Part shown: piece by piece, positions 13,801 to 28,800 of the stretch
Layout of the letters: every line of letters begins with the position of its first letter
How positions within the stretch are numbered: position 1 is the stretch's first letter
Assembly: GCF_964355755.1 (NCBI RefSeq)
Contig: NC_092678.1
Location: 1,008,422 to 1,072,421 of the forward strand
Source: Antedon mediterranea
Lineage: Eukaryota > Animalia > Echinodermata
Direction of reading: 5' to 3'
DNA: 64,000 nucleotides
Program-made: the position numbers and the translations under genes
The notes under the pieces: model-generated
Database searches by the model: none
What the model saw: only the letters and a program-made list of their open reading frames with translations
Told to the model about the DNA's origin: nothing

Positions 13801-16800
13801 CTGTTTCAACAGCAGTGGTTCAAGTGATGGGTCCAGCTCCTCAGCCACATTCTCCAGCAGCAGTGGTGTCCCAAACTGAATGCAGTTTTCTAAAGTCCTC
13901 ATGTAGTCGCCATCTGTTAATTTGATGACGGATAGTTTGTTGTCACGTTCAGAATTCTTGACCCACTTGTTGGCCTGACCTTGAGGGTCAATCATCAAGG
14001 GCCTACAAAGAAAAAAAAACATGAATTTAATTGCGAGAAGTAAAATGTTTCTCATATACTAGATAACTAATACTATACAAGATTTAATAATAAGTAGTTT
14101 AATAATAAAATAATAATAAATAATAATAAAGCTCAATTAAATAATACTGGCACGCAAATTTATTTAGCTTCTAATCTTAAGTTAACAATTATATTAAAAA
14201 AGGTTTCCCACATTTTGTTTCTATTACAATATATAAATCTTCACTGAGAGAGTGATGTGGCGTAACGGTAAGCAACATGGTGAGCTGGCAGAGAGAGTGA
14301 TGTGGCGTAACGGTAAGCAACATGGTGAGCTGGCAGAGAGAGTGATGTGGCGTAACGGTAAGCAACATGGTGAGCTGGCAGAGAGAGTGATGTGGCGTAA
14401 CGGTAAGCAACATGGTGAGCTGGCAGAGAGAGTGATGTGGCGTAACGGTAAGCAATATGGTGAGCTGGCAGAGAGAGTGATGTGGCGTAACGGTAAGCAA
14501 TATGGTGAGCTGGCAGAGAGAGTGATGTGGCGTAACGGTAAGCAACATGGTGAGCTGGCAGAGAGAGTGATGTGGCGTAACGGTAAGCAACATGGTGAGC
14601 TGGCAGAGAGAGTGATGTGGCGTAACAGTAAGCAACATGGTGAGCTGGCAGAGAGAGTGATGTGGCGTAACGGTAAGCAACATGGTGAGCTGGCAGAGAG
14701 AGTGATGTGGCGTAACGGTAAGCAACATGGTGAGCTGGCAGAGAGAGTGATGTGGCGTAACGGTAAGCAATATGGTGAGCTGGCAGAGAGAGTGATGTGG
14801 CGTAACGGTAAGCAATATGGTGAGCTGGCAGAGAGAGTGATGTGGCGTAACGGTAAGCAACATGGTGAGCTGGCAGAGAGAGTGATGTGGCGTAACGGTA
14901 AGCAATATGGTGAGCTGGCAGAGAGAGTGATGTGGCGTAACGGTAAGCAATATGGTGAGCTGGCAGAGAGAGTGATGTGGCGTAACGGTAAGCAATATGG
15001 TGAGCTGGCAGAGAGAGTGATGTGGCGTAACGGTAAGCAATATGGTGAGCTGGCAGAGAGAGTGATGTGGCGTAACGGTAAGCAATATGGTGAGCTGGCA
15101 GAGAGAGTGATGTGGCGTAACGGTAAGCAATATGGTGAGCTGGCAGAGAGAGTGATGTGGCGTAACGGTAAGCAATATGGTGAGCTAGCAGAGAGAGTGA
15201 TGTGGCGTAACGGTAAGCAATATGGTGAGCTGGCAGAGAGAGTGATGTGGCGTAACGGTAAGCAATATGGTGAGCTGGCAGAGAGAGTGATGTGGCGTAA
15301 CGGTAAGCAATATGGTGAGCTAATCATGGGCCTTGTACAGGCCATCTTACAGTACTTAAGACATCACACAGTATATAGAATACAAACTGATTCACTTACC
15401 ATCTCCTAGCATTATCCACTATGACACCATTATCAATAGAGAAGCTGTCAGTGGGCAGACCAGCAATGTTCCATGCTCTTATCTTCACTGGATCTCCTAG
15501 TGTATGACTTAGTGAGAACTGATCTGAGCAAGGAATATTTTTTTCCTAAAGACATAAGAAAACAAATGCTTCAACTCCCTTTTTAAATGCAATATTTTAT
15601 CATTTTTTTCTCTCAAAATTAATCGACCAAACTCCCGCAACACCGACTTATTTTCCCTTGCCCGTTGTCGAGTCAACGTAACCAAAAATGGTTTCATTCA
15701 AAGATTATCCAAGCTTTTTAATTCAATTTCTATTAAGGATAAGACTATCAAAATTTTTTTTGAAACTTTGTCCAAATTTAAGTCTAAAATTCTTAAATCG
15801 ATTTAAGTTTGCCTTTTTGTATGTTTCATGTTTTGTATTTTAATGTGCTTTTAATTCTATATTTATATCTAGAGAGTTTTAAGGCATCCTGTAATTGGCA
15901 ATTTTTCGCTGTTGGATGTGGTTGAAATAAAATAAATTAAATTTAAAAAAAGTTTTGCAGTAATTGTACTGTAGAAACTGCAGATTTTAAAGACAATGCT
16001 TTAAAAAAGTTTAAAGATGTATTGTCCCTTTGTCAAATTCCAAAAAAATAAAAATAAAAAGATTTCGAAAAAAAAGTGGCTCATTTTGAAGTATCATAAT
16101 AGTTATTAACTTTCACCAAAAATTAGTCGGAAAAAAAATCATTTAACTGAAATACAGACGTTTTTTTGTTCAAAAAATAACTTTGACTTCCAGTCAAAGT
16201 TTTCGATCAAAACATATCTCATAATGCAATGCGCTTATTTGGCTACTCTGTATGCATAATCATAAAACTTCCTCGCGATCTGTGTGAAAACACCTTCTCA
16301 ACCATGACGAGTTGTAAACAATCCTAATTAGCATCATGCATAATGCGTACTCATGGTTTGAAATCTTTGTTTACATTCGCTCGCGACTATTTTTCAGACG
16401 AAATGTAATCAAATTAATTTAGCTGTTAATTACGTAAAATTGTTGTTTTTGGCTCGAATTTTTGACTTAAAGTGAATAACTTTAATATTACTTTGACATA
16501 GCCAATTAAAATTTAGTATATTTTGACCTTCATTTTTTTGTTTTTCAAGGGACAATACATCTTTAAATATGGGAGTTTTTTTCGGTCCAACAAAAAAGTT
16601 AAATTCATCACAGTAATTGTACTGTAGAAAATGGTTCATTAACAGGTTGTCAATAAAATGTGATGTGCCCATATATGGAAATGATGATGTCATATCACTA
16701 CCATATTTAAGCATATCACTACCATATATGGGCACATTACACTTTTTTGTCAAAGTAGTTATTTTTGGTTCAACAAAAAAGTTAAGTTCAACAGTTAATT

Positions 16801-19800
16801 TATGACACGATTGTTTACCTTACAAATCTTAGTCCAGTCACTTGTACACTGCAACCTAAATGCTGATGTGAAGGCTCCTAGGTAAGCAATGACACCAGAT
16901 GATATAAGCACATCACCCATGATGTTATCATACGTATGCTGAAGGGTGGCAGCTGCTACCGTCCATCTGAAACAAAATAGATAAAGTGCATACTTAATTA
17001 AATGATTTATTTATTTTTTTATTATTTAAACAGGGTGACTTCTTTAATCAGACTAGTAGGGGAGTACTAGTAAAGAATTCCAAGAAACAGTTTTTAAAAA
17101 TTATTATTCATTATTTTGACCAAGGAGTTACATAGCAGGAAACCCAAGCTGTGAGTAACAGTAGTAGTGTGTGACATACTAGTACACCGGGGTAACCCCC
17201 TACTCATCTCGAAAGATGTACTATGTTCTTTAAAGTGCACACGAGCTAGATGTACACTGGACATACGGTTTATAGTCCTTATCCAAGAAGACTTGTTCTA
17301 CCACCAGAAACATGAAGCAAGTGAGTGGCTACGTAATTACGGTACCACCGTCTTAACCGTTCAGCCACTAACTCGCACTCGCAACAAGGCAGTTGAATTA
17401 AGGCATCTTAAAGTTCTCAAACTTTTTCACAAACACACAAGTTCTGATTTTTAACATATCATTCCTTACCTGTCTTTTTCACCTCCTAATCCTCCAATCA
17501 GCTTCTCAGCTCTTTCAAGTTTCTTGGCACAAAGATCAACCTGTTGCTCCAACTTTTCTTTTTTTTCTGTCATTTCTTTAAAGTTTGCTTTAAGCGTTTC
17601 CAATCGATCGACAACATCTTTCAACTCCGCTCTTTTACCTAAACAATATAAAAAATAATATTTTTAAATTGTCTCATTCTTTTGAAAAACAGCAATGCAA
17701 GAAGATTTATATAAAATCATTTTTTTAATTATTTATTTCATACATATCCAACGGTAGCTCGTCAATTACAGGATGATAAACTACATTGTGCTTATAAACT
17801 AAATGTCATTTGAGGCTTAGGGAGTAGAAACAGTTACAACAGTGATGTAGCCACAAGATATAAAGTGGTGCGGTAGTCGCAAGGAAAGGGAACAATCAGC
17901 CACTAAGTTATCAAAGACCTCCTACGGCCCTGTATATAATACTAGTATTGGTCAGTATTGAACACTGGGATTGGCGAAATCCCCAAGCTAAAGCTCCTGC
18001 TTACCATTTAGAATAGCCATCGTTTGTGTGAGTTCTTCCTCTGCTCCTTTCAGCTTCTCTTTCTTGGGGGCAACGACCTTTGCCACTCTGTCATAAACCT
18101 CCATAGCTAAAGCCCACTTGCACAAACCTTCAGCTGCGGATGATGCCTTCGCTACTTTCATCGGGTCAAACTCTGGATTCGATGTGTATTCCAACCTGAT
18201 CTTTTTCATAATATGAGGCTGAAAGATAAAGAGACACAGAATTGGAAAAGTGTGCCATTGATAAAAAAAATGCAGTGCCAATAACTTATTATTATTTTCA
18301 ATCACCAACATTAAACAGTTTTCCTGTCAGTCAGTAAATGTGTGATCAAAGTATGAATGGTCAATTTTGTATATGTAACATATTGTACATTTAATTATTT
18401 ATTAAAACTGGAACCAATACATTTTCCATATATATGTATTTAATGAATATTGGACAGAATAAAGTGTTATATCGTATTATTCTGTACTGAACGAATAAGA
18501 GAACACTTATGACTATTAAGTTTGTAGTATTAAATAAACTTGCAGTAATTACAAACTTGGTTGGTTACTTAGTTTACAGACTAAACAGCAGACAAGAACT
18601 CACCTGGATGTTGTCTTTATCGTATGTCTTCAGCATATTCAGAAAGTTCATATCTCCAAGAAGCTTCTTTGATGGCCCCCAGTAGTCAAGGATTTTGCCA
18701 CCAGTACCTGCTGGATCATTGATCTTCTCTGGTTTGATGTCTTTCATGATACAGATTGCTGCCATCACAAGCCTCACGCCAGAAGGCGGGCTTTTCATTG
18801 TTTTTACAACAGCAATATCCGAAGGCTGTAAATAAAAGAACACAAAATAATTGTAGTTTATCACCAAGAAAAAATACAGTTTCTTTAGGAGATGAAGACC
18901 TTTGACCAAAAACACATTAATTACAATAAAATTACCAAACATTCATTTTGTGCATATAGGTTAGGAATTTAACATTTTCAATTTTGGGGTGAGGTGAAAC
19001 ACATAATTTTTTTTGTATAATATAAGAAATAGTAATTCAATTTAGAAAACGTTATGCAAGTTGGTATTTGTATAAAATCAAATCAATGTTTTAAGTCTGA
19101 TACCTTGAGAGTATTAAGAGCAGCCAACGCAGCTTCCAATGCTGGTATAGCCTCTGCCAAATCACTCTCACATTCATCCTTCAACGCTTGAGCTTCTGCC
19201 GCTTGCTCATTGGCTGCAGCTTCCTCTTTCTCTACAACCTCTCTAGTTGCGCTCACTTCTACCGACTCCTTCTCTATCACTTTCATCATTTTCTCGTTCT
19301 CTGCAGCGGCAACGACCAGCTGTGGCTGGAGCTCCTTGAGCTCAGTCTGCATCGAGCCGACCTGGGTTTCGGCAAAAGCGAGTTTGTCGAGACCGGTCAC
19401 GTAGCGTCGTTTAGCTTTCATGATCTCTTCTCGTTTCTTAGTGACAAGAGTCTTAAAGGCGGATATCAGTTCAAGGTATGAGGTTGGTGTCACATAATTG
19501 TGTCTGTTTAGCTCATTTAAAAACCTGTAGAATTGAAAAAAAAAGAATTATATATATATTTACAAACAATCAAGTTTGACCAATCACTTTATTCACATGA
19601 GTTATACATATAGAAACAATGATTTGAAAATTGTTTGATTTAAAAAATAAAATTTATAACTGAAAATAAAATATAAAAAGTATGAAATGAAACCTGTGAA
19701 GGGGCAGTACTGTAAGCGAATAGCTTTAAGCGTACAGCCCATGGTAATAGTAAGAAATAATTATACTGTTACTATTATACTTAATAATAATAATGGTGAC

Positions 19801-22800
19801 ATGGAAAGATATGGTAAATAAAGTAGAAAGTAGGAACATGATGCACAAGACAGGACAAAATGGAGAGGTGATGTAGCACCGTGGAATGAGTGACAGTCAG
19901 TAACCCCTTGGAAGAGAAAGAAAGCTGACACAAATAAAAGATGATGATGAATATGCACCAGTAGTTATTTCTTCAATTCATTCATTGTCAAATTGAGCCT
20001 CTTTAAAAAAAGCACTTTCAGGTGATATCATTTAATGTTTAACTTACTTTTCAGATAGGTTTCTTGCACTTGTGTGAAAATGTTGGCAAATATAAACAAC
20101 TTCTGTTCTTTCTTGGTCTTCCATTTCAACATTTTCGAGAAACTTCATGGCAACTCTTTCTAACGCATCTGCAGGCCACGCCTAAAAAAGAAACGATTGA
20201 ATGGAAAAAATAGAAAAATGCAATGTAGATAAAAAGAACACAAATTAAAATACACTTCTCACAATTTGAATTCATATCTATCTATTGTATATAAAGGAAC
20301 AGATTTTAAAAAAGAATTTAATTTAAGTTACTTACTTGGAACCAATCGATTTAATTTAAGTTACTTACTTGGAACCAATCAATTTAAGTTACTTACTTGG
20401 AACCAATCAATTGTACAGCAATTGATGAGTGATGGGAACTGACGGAGTCTGTTACGGAAAGCATCACCAATTGGAGAGAACGCAATAATGATGTGAAGGT
20501 TCTCACGGCAACGGTTGACAAAGAAATTGAAAAGAGCTAGCGGACTGAAATCTGCATTTTTGTCACCAGCTTGTGCAACTGGTCTTACTGTCTGTGTATA
20601 GATAAAGTAAATTACATATTACAGATTTATGTAAACAAAATGTTGTTTAAGGAAAAAAAGAAAGAAAAACATAAACAAATATACTAATATAAATCTCTGT
20701 TTACACTATCAAACTAGTTTGACAAAAAAAGTGCGATGTGCCCAAATATGGTAATAATATAAGATCATCGTGTTCATAATAATATGGGCACATCACATTT
20801 TGTTGTCACATAAAGTTTGATAATAAGTGTTTTTAAATGAAACATTACCTCCATCAATTCTTGTTTCTCATCTACCGCATAAAGGTTTGGAACTTCACCA
20901 GTATTCAGAAGGTTGTCAATGTCTTCTAAGAAGGATTCCTCTTTGATTTGAGTGTCGGTGATTAGGAACACTGTTGTCTTCCCTAATGCACCAGCATTTT
21001 TCAACAAAGCCTATACAAATAATTCAAGCAAAGTTAGACCTGAATTTTGGATTGTAAGTTTTATTAGTGTTACAGTGGACTGGCATTGTGACTTGATGGT
21101 TATGATGCATGGCTACCAATCCAAGGGTTCTTGGTTCAAGTCCTGTCATGTCTGGATTTTTTCTGACAATTTACAACTCCACTCCCAAATATTTGTAATA
21201 AGACATCTTTTGTATATCTTTGTCTTGTGAACAGGATTGCCACATTTAAGAAGGATAGTGAATGAATTCGCTTATGGTTATCCTTGGCAATTTGCCTAAA
21301 TATATAAACAAAACTAAACAAAAACAGCAGTAACTTACTTTTAAGTCTTCTCTCCACTCATTCTTGCCGTAACTTTTTGAGATCTCAGGTTGGAACAAGT
21401 TAAAACCAGACATGAATGTAGCCAATCTTGTCAGAGACTGTCGTCCACTGCCTCCCACACCAACAAGAAGAGCGTTGCCGCCTGGTTGCTTTAACACCCG
21501 ACAAATGCGAGAAAGATGTTCTAAAACGTATCTACAAAACAATAAGTAAATGATTTATTGACATAAAAATAATTGAGTTTTATAATTAAAGTTATTAAGA
21601 GCTTTTAAAATAGCTAAGCTCAAACTCTACTGTAGAGAATCAAGAAAGAAAGTTGAGTATTTCAACATCCATCAGCAAGCACACAACAATTAAAAGATCT
21701 GATTTTGTGAAAGATCAAGGAATTGAACCAAGGACTATAGGATTAGTAAGCAAGCCATAGTGCCACTACAATACCTAAATATAACTAGGTTCATTGGAGT
21801 CTTATGCATCTGGTTGTACTCCACCAAGCAAGACTCCACAACGTTGTTAAACTCTTCCACAGACTTCACTTCCTGGTAGATCCTATCTTCTGGCTCAGCA
21901 TCCGCTACTAAATAATCTCCAAACATTAAGCTTCGCATGTCATCCTCAACTACTGGACAGTTTGGCTTTGCTAGATGCTCAAATACCGTGTCAAAGTTAT
22001 CCTTGAAAACTTCTTTAACAAGACTCTTGCAAATGCTGAAATATTAATACAGAATTTACTATTGAATAAAAACAAAGACAGTATATGTATTGATTCACCT
22101 TTATAAAGATCTGTCTACACTATCAAAATAGTTTGGAAAAAAAAGTTTGATGTGCCTAAATATGGTAGCGATATGCCCAAATATGGTAGCAATATGACAT
22201 CATCATGTCCATATATGGACATTTTTTTGTCACATAAAGTTTGATAGTGTAGACGAGGCTCATGAGACAGAAAATCCTCTGTGAGCGAGACACTGCAGTG
22301 GTAAAGTGACCCACTGTATACACTCACTTATGTTAAGAACACTTACTTAAAGAGCCACAGTCTGTCTGAATCTTCTATCAACCTGTCATAGAACACTCTG
22401 AACACTTCATGCACCCAGAGCCGAGTGAAAGTTCTTTTGTTCTCTATCGACGACTTCTTTACTAATAATGCTCCGTTGATAACACGGGCAAAATCACGCA
22501 GATTAAAAGTGTAATGTGACTTGGCAGGCGTCGGAAGCAGGTTTTGCATCGCTTGTTTGTAAACTTCCATCGTACCTTGGACGATCAATGAACCAACTGC
22601 AAAAATTTCCGGTGAGAATTCATTTGCCTAAAATTAAAGAACAAAACAAAACATTATTGATATTGTATTTGCTTTATTTTATCATTGTGATAAATAAACA
22701 AAACTAAATAAGAACATGTCAATTAATCATTCAAAGCAGCCATTCTAGAAACATGACCACTTGTATGTAAATGAGTTTGCAAGAGGTCAAAGGAACAAAT

Positions 22801-25800
22801 GAGATCAATTCTCAAATCCTCATCTTCAAAAGTAAATAAAAGGGTAAAAAATCATTTCCTCTTACTCTGAGATAATAACTGACAACGGATGAGAAGATAC
22901 GTGACATGGTTTCATCGTTGAAAGGTGTGATTGAGACGATGTTGAAATGACGGAGGAATTGTGGCGTGATTGGATTGCGCCCTCCTCCTGGTGGTCCCAT
23001 TGCCGAGACAAATTGCAGATCAACTAAAGTAATCTTTGAGGTGTCTTTCTTGTCATACCTGTAAAAAATATTTGAATGTTTTTCAAAAAAAGATTAAGTA
23101 TTTAAGTTTAGAAGAGATAAATCTAATCAACTGAACTTACTTGTGTAATAAACAACGTTTCACGAACTATCCAGGTCATAGGATCAGATTGTGGCGTCAA
23201 TGACCCACGACCTGGATTGGTTGTGAAGTAAGTCCCGTTGATTACATTGTATCGCTTTCTAAACATACTACCTTGATGAATCGCAATATCCATACCCGTA
23301 TTAAATAATTAAAAAATAATATATTCATATCTAAGAGTATTGGAATTACAAATAGTAAATTGAATCCATATCTATGCCAATAAATAGAACGCAATATGTT
23401 AACATGACAAACATGCATGATGCACTACATACACAAATTACTATGACAGGTTGTTGGGCAGCTATTGTCGTTAACATGACAAACATGCATGATGCACTAC
23501 ATACACCAATTACTATGACAGGTTGTTGGGCAGTTATTGTCGTCTTAAAATCTAAGAAGATTTGTTGGTGAACAAGCATGATAAAATAAGCTAAACAAGC
23601 TAAAATAAAAACGAACAATTAATTGACTGGACTAATTAAATACTTACCAGTTCCCATGGTCAAAATATTGGCGAAGCAATTCAACTGGTGGTTGCGCACC
23701 ATACTTCTCTCTCGCAGGCATGTTCAAGTCGTCAACAAATATAACAGACTTCTTTCCCATAGGTGGGCCGTACATACCTTTACGTCTCTTATCAAGTTTT
23801 GACATAATGATATCCTGAAAGAAAATACGATGATGAACCATGCATCACTTTTTATCACTAAGACCTCGTTAACACTTACGATTGGGTCCTGGGCAGCTAA
23901 TCGTTTTGGCCATGATCCAGCGTGTTTACACTTGAGTTTAAATGATGGCCCTGAAGATTCATTTTTTTTATACATTGGTCACGGTCCATTTAACTACTCA
24001 AGAGCCGGTCCAGATCTGCATCCAGCCCTGGGCTGACCTAACTTTATGGAGTGTTTACACTTACCGATTAGCAAACCAGGGCTGGCCCAAATCGTAAGTG
24101 TAAATGTGGTCTAAATTGTTTAGAAAAACAATAATCTATTCACCTCCTCAAAGTATATCTAAAGCATTCAACTTTACCTGTGTCTGTCCTGCAGATGTCT
24201 GAGCGGAGAAATTGATAAAAAGTGGGAGGTAATCTTCTTTGGAGAGGTTATTCATGAGCTTGTCCTTGACGTAGGCACTTTTACCTGTGCCAGTGGGACC
24301 AATGAAGATAATGGCTCTGCAATATAACATAATTTAAATGTAAAAAGTGAATGTAAACACACTTGGTGGAGATTCCTCTTAAGCTCTGTCTATACTATCA
24401 AACATCATGTGACTAAATATTTGGGTACATCACACTTCTTTTATCAAACTAGTCTGATAGTAAGTGTACGTCTAGTGTATGTCTACACTATCAAACTTAC
24501 AACAAAATTTAATGTGCCCATATATGCACATGATGATGTCATATCATTACCATAGTTGGGCATATCCCCACCATATTTGGGTACATCAATTTTTTTTTGT
24601 CAAACTAGTTTCATAGCCTAGACAGAGCTTAAGGTACAGTATGCTGTCAAATTGGTTTGGGTCACTAACCTCTGATATTTGATGGCCAAATCAAGTAGGT
24701 ATGTGTATCTTGCAGTATCCATTGTTGGTACAATGATTTCTTGCACCTTCTTGCCTTCTGGGATTGACATGTTCTTGATGGTCTCATTCCAATGCACCCA
24801 CCTACCTCTTGCTTTATACTGAACAAATAAAAGATAAACATATAAACAGAGTGCTAGGCCAGAAAGAAGCTCTGCAAATTTTGCTGGCTGTTTTACTTTA
24901 TCGTTTCGATTTAGCTTTTTGCTCATTTTATTTGATAATAACAGCATTGTATTTTTTTCAGTAATTTGCCTTTGAATTTATATATAACCACATTCATACA
25001 TTGCCTGAAAAATCATAGGGTATATGTTAAGGTTATTGCTACTGTTAAGCTACGCCACTAATAATTACTTTACATTGATTCTTAAGACATTAACAATGCA
25101 TACCCTTACCTCAAACATATAGTACAATGCATACCCTTACCTCAAACATATAGTACAATGCATACCCTTACCTCAAACATATAGTACAATGCATACCCTT
25201 ACCTCAAACATATAGTACAATGCATACCCTTACCTCAAACATATAGTACAATGCATACCCTTACCTCAAACATATAGTACAATGCATACCCTTACCTCAA
25301 ACATATAGTACAATGCATACCCTTACCTCAAACATATAGTCATACACAAGACCATCTGGTGGGATGGGAACTTCAATCTTGGCACCAAGTTCAGACGGAA
25401 AGGGATGTTCTTCAGCCTTGCCTGACATCAACTCCCGAAGGAATCCGTCAAACTTTTCACGGCCGAGCACATCAGATGTTGCACCGACTGACCAGACCAA
25501 CGAGAACAAGAATGTACACTAAATTGAAAAAAAAATAATAATTATAGGTCAAATATACATGTCATTAAATTGACTACTAAGTGTATATTACAATAATAAT
25601 ACATTCAAACTTTTAAGCGCATAATGCATAAAGCCTCTATGTGCTTCACATAAAAATAATCCATGAAATGGAAAAAAATAAAAAAGAGCAATTAAAAATG
25701 AGAATGACAGGCCATAAAATGGATCTCAACTGAATTGAATATGGTTTATCAAGGGCTGAATTGAGTATGGTTTATCAAGGGCTGAATTGAATATGGTTTA

Positions 25801-28800
25801 TCAAGGGCTGAATTGAATATGGTTTATCAAGGGTGAAAATACATTAACAGTTTGTGTGCATGTACAATGATACAGCTTTGAAATAAAATGATATTAATTT
25901 ATCTTATTCTTGGAGAATGTACTTACAACAATCCAGATTTTAAGGTTTTTGTTGTCGGAACCTTCCTTCATGTTATCTTTGAGGAACATACGAATCCAAT
26001 GCATTAAGGACTGGGCAAGGTTGTTAACCATGCTGGGCACGTACTCCTGTATACACAATAATAATAGTTCATTCTTATATAGTAAGCAAGCTCTCAATGC
26101 ACTAAACATTATTACCATGGTAATTTTGTGCATCAAACACGTATGGAAACATACTCTCATAATAATGCAGCTTGATTTAACCGGTACCAACGCCAAGTTG
26201 ACCAATCAAATTTGATTTGTTTGTTTTTATTTCGAATCCATACATCATACATATTATATAAAAGAGGTTGATACATAAATAACAGGCAAATGAATCGTGA
26301 TGATGTAAAATAAAATATTTACATTTGTTTACTAGTCAGAACTTACTAATGGTCATCGATGTTTCAATATTATAAAAAAAGACCACAATACCTTGCAGTT
26401 TTTCCTAACAAATTCCAGACATGGCTCCAGAAGCCAGTTGAACAAGGCTCTCATCAGAGGAACCTCCTTCTGCAGTGTCTCTGGTAAGTCATGTAGCCAA
26501 GACTCAAATACAGGCTTCCAGCCTAAGTTACTAGGCTCCAGGTAAATCATACCACAACGGCTAACAGTGGCAGGCTGTAGAGAGTAACATATTCATAATA
26601 TAAGTGTACATATACTTCATTTGAACATTGGTTTAGAAACAATGACACAATTCCTGAAAATCAATTTAATTTACAACTATTATTGAAATCTAATCTAACT
26701 TTAAAGGGTCATCATGAGGGGATCCTTTAAAGGGTCATCATGAGGGTATTTTTCGGGATGTAAATCCTCTTTTGGGATTTAGAAGGGCTATCCCTGGTAC
26801 CATGCTAATTATTTCAGTTTTTGTTTGTTCTTATTTTAGCATTTATTTATTTATTATTTATGTAGTATGGTATCGAAATAAATCAAATCAAAGTTCAAAT
26901 CAAAGTTAAAGAACTGTACTGTATGCAGTATTATAATCTGAGCAGGGGCCAGGCTTGTGACTAGCTGTTGCTATTTTCGTTTTAATATCTTTTGTGATAT
27001 ATTTGTTGTTACAATAAAGTTGCCAATTAATAAAAGCATTAAGACTTTGTTTACTCACAGAAGCTTGAGAAAGGTCCATAGCTTCAAAGATTAAACTCAT
27101 TGTATTTGACATCTGTATAATCTCTCCACTCATCAAGCAGAGTTTCTTGTTGTCATCAAGCACCGTGTTCATACTCTCGATCCAGAGCGTGTCGATTGGA
27201 CCGTCAAATATCACCCACTTACGATCGGGGGTGTCAGTTGACGCAAACTCACGGAACGTGTTTGCTACGTTACCATCTGTCCACTGAAGAAATAGCAAAA
27301 GAAAATATAAAACTTCATTTGATTATCATAGGAAAACTCTGTAATACAGAATCATATGTGAAACATGTGATGCCTGTATCCCTACCTAAATCACACACAG
27401 TTGAGATCCTTCTCAACAAATGTCTTTTTAATAATTCTTTAATACACACTCTTACTTTTAAGCTCCGTCTACATTATAAAACTTTATGGGACAAAAAAAG
27501 TCATATCACTACCATATTTGGGCACATCACATTTTTTTCACATAAAGTTTGATAGTGTAGATAGAGTAAGGGATGAATTAAATACTTGGTACAAGCTTCC
27601 AAAATTTAATTTTTTAAAAAAACTCATCATTTTACCTCATGGGACACAGGGTCAAACTGTCCAAACAACTGACCCATGGTCACAGACTTTGGGTTGACCG
27701 TTCTGTAGATGACCTTTTCCTCAGAGTTCAATCCACGTTCATGGAGTTGAGTGAGAGTTTCTGCAAGTGTATGTAGCACCTTTGTCTTACCAGCGAATGG
27801 CCCACCAACCAACATAAAACTAAAAAGAAAAAATATATTATTTATTTATTGTCAAACAAGCTTTGCACCAGATTACATGGTCATAAACAGCATACATTCA
27901 CTGGGTGTCTGTCATAAACAGCATACATTCACTGGGTGTCTGTCATAAACAGCATACATTCACTGGGTGTGTCACTTTTCAACTCATGCACATACGTATG
28001 AAGTCTATGTCTACTCAACTAGACTATCAAAATACTTTGACAAAAAAAGTGTGATGTGCCCAAATATGGTAGTGATATGCTTAAATATGGTAGTGATATG
28101 ACTCATTGTGTCCATATATGGGCACATCACATTTTTTGTCACATAAAGTTTGATAGTGTAGACAGAGCTTTGTAATATCAGTCTTACTTACCCATGCCTA
28201 ACAATCATCATCTCATACGTTTGAATAATCTTCTCCAGGAAATTTTCTGTCGGTTGTAAATTATTTTTCTGGCAAACTTCACGAACATTTGTCAGGAAGA
28301 TGTTGTAATCCGCTTGCGGGAGAACGACACCAGGAAACAAATCTGAGATGATTCCCTCAAACAGTGGAATGTCGTGGGATAGGAACTTGGGTAAATTAAC
28401 ATCTAGAATTGATCTCAGTAACTGAGGAGAAAAATAGAGAGAAAAAAATGAAAAAAAAGTTGTGATTTTTAGAAATACAATACAGTTAACTCTCTCAATA
28501 CCTGCAGACACTTTTGGGTTAACCAAATATGTTTTCAAGAAATTCTGAGATTCAGAATGTGATTTTAATGGTAAAAATGAAATGGAACTCAAGTCTGGAA
28601 CAGTTTCAATGCAAGTTTTAAAGTATGTCGTAAACATGGTTCTATTGCGACATTTAAAAAAAATTTGACATAAGATCAAAAAGCATATCATTATACAACC
28701 ATCTTACCAAAATGTCTTCATTTTCATCAGGGAACTTTAACTTCAGGTTGCCGGCTGCCGCGAGTACAGCCTTTACGGCTCTCATACCATAATCATAATG

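Noticed and set aside
14189-15409. 328-385 aa ORFs on both strands
   Set aside because: They are pure translations of the 45-bp minisatellite inside a dynein intron.
21072-21150. Possible tRNA gene
   Set aside because: Only a B-box and a degraded A-box are present, with no intact cloverleaf; it is better explained as a SINE head.
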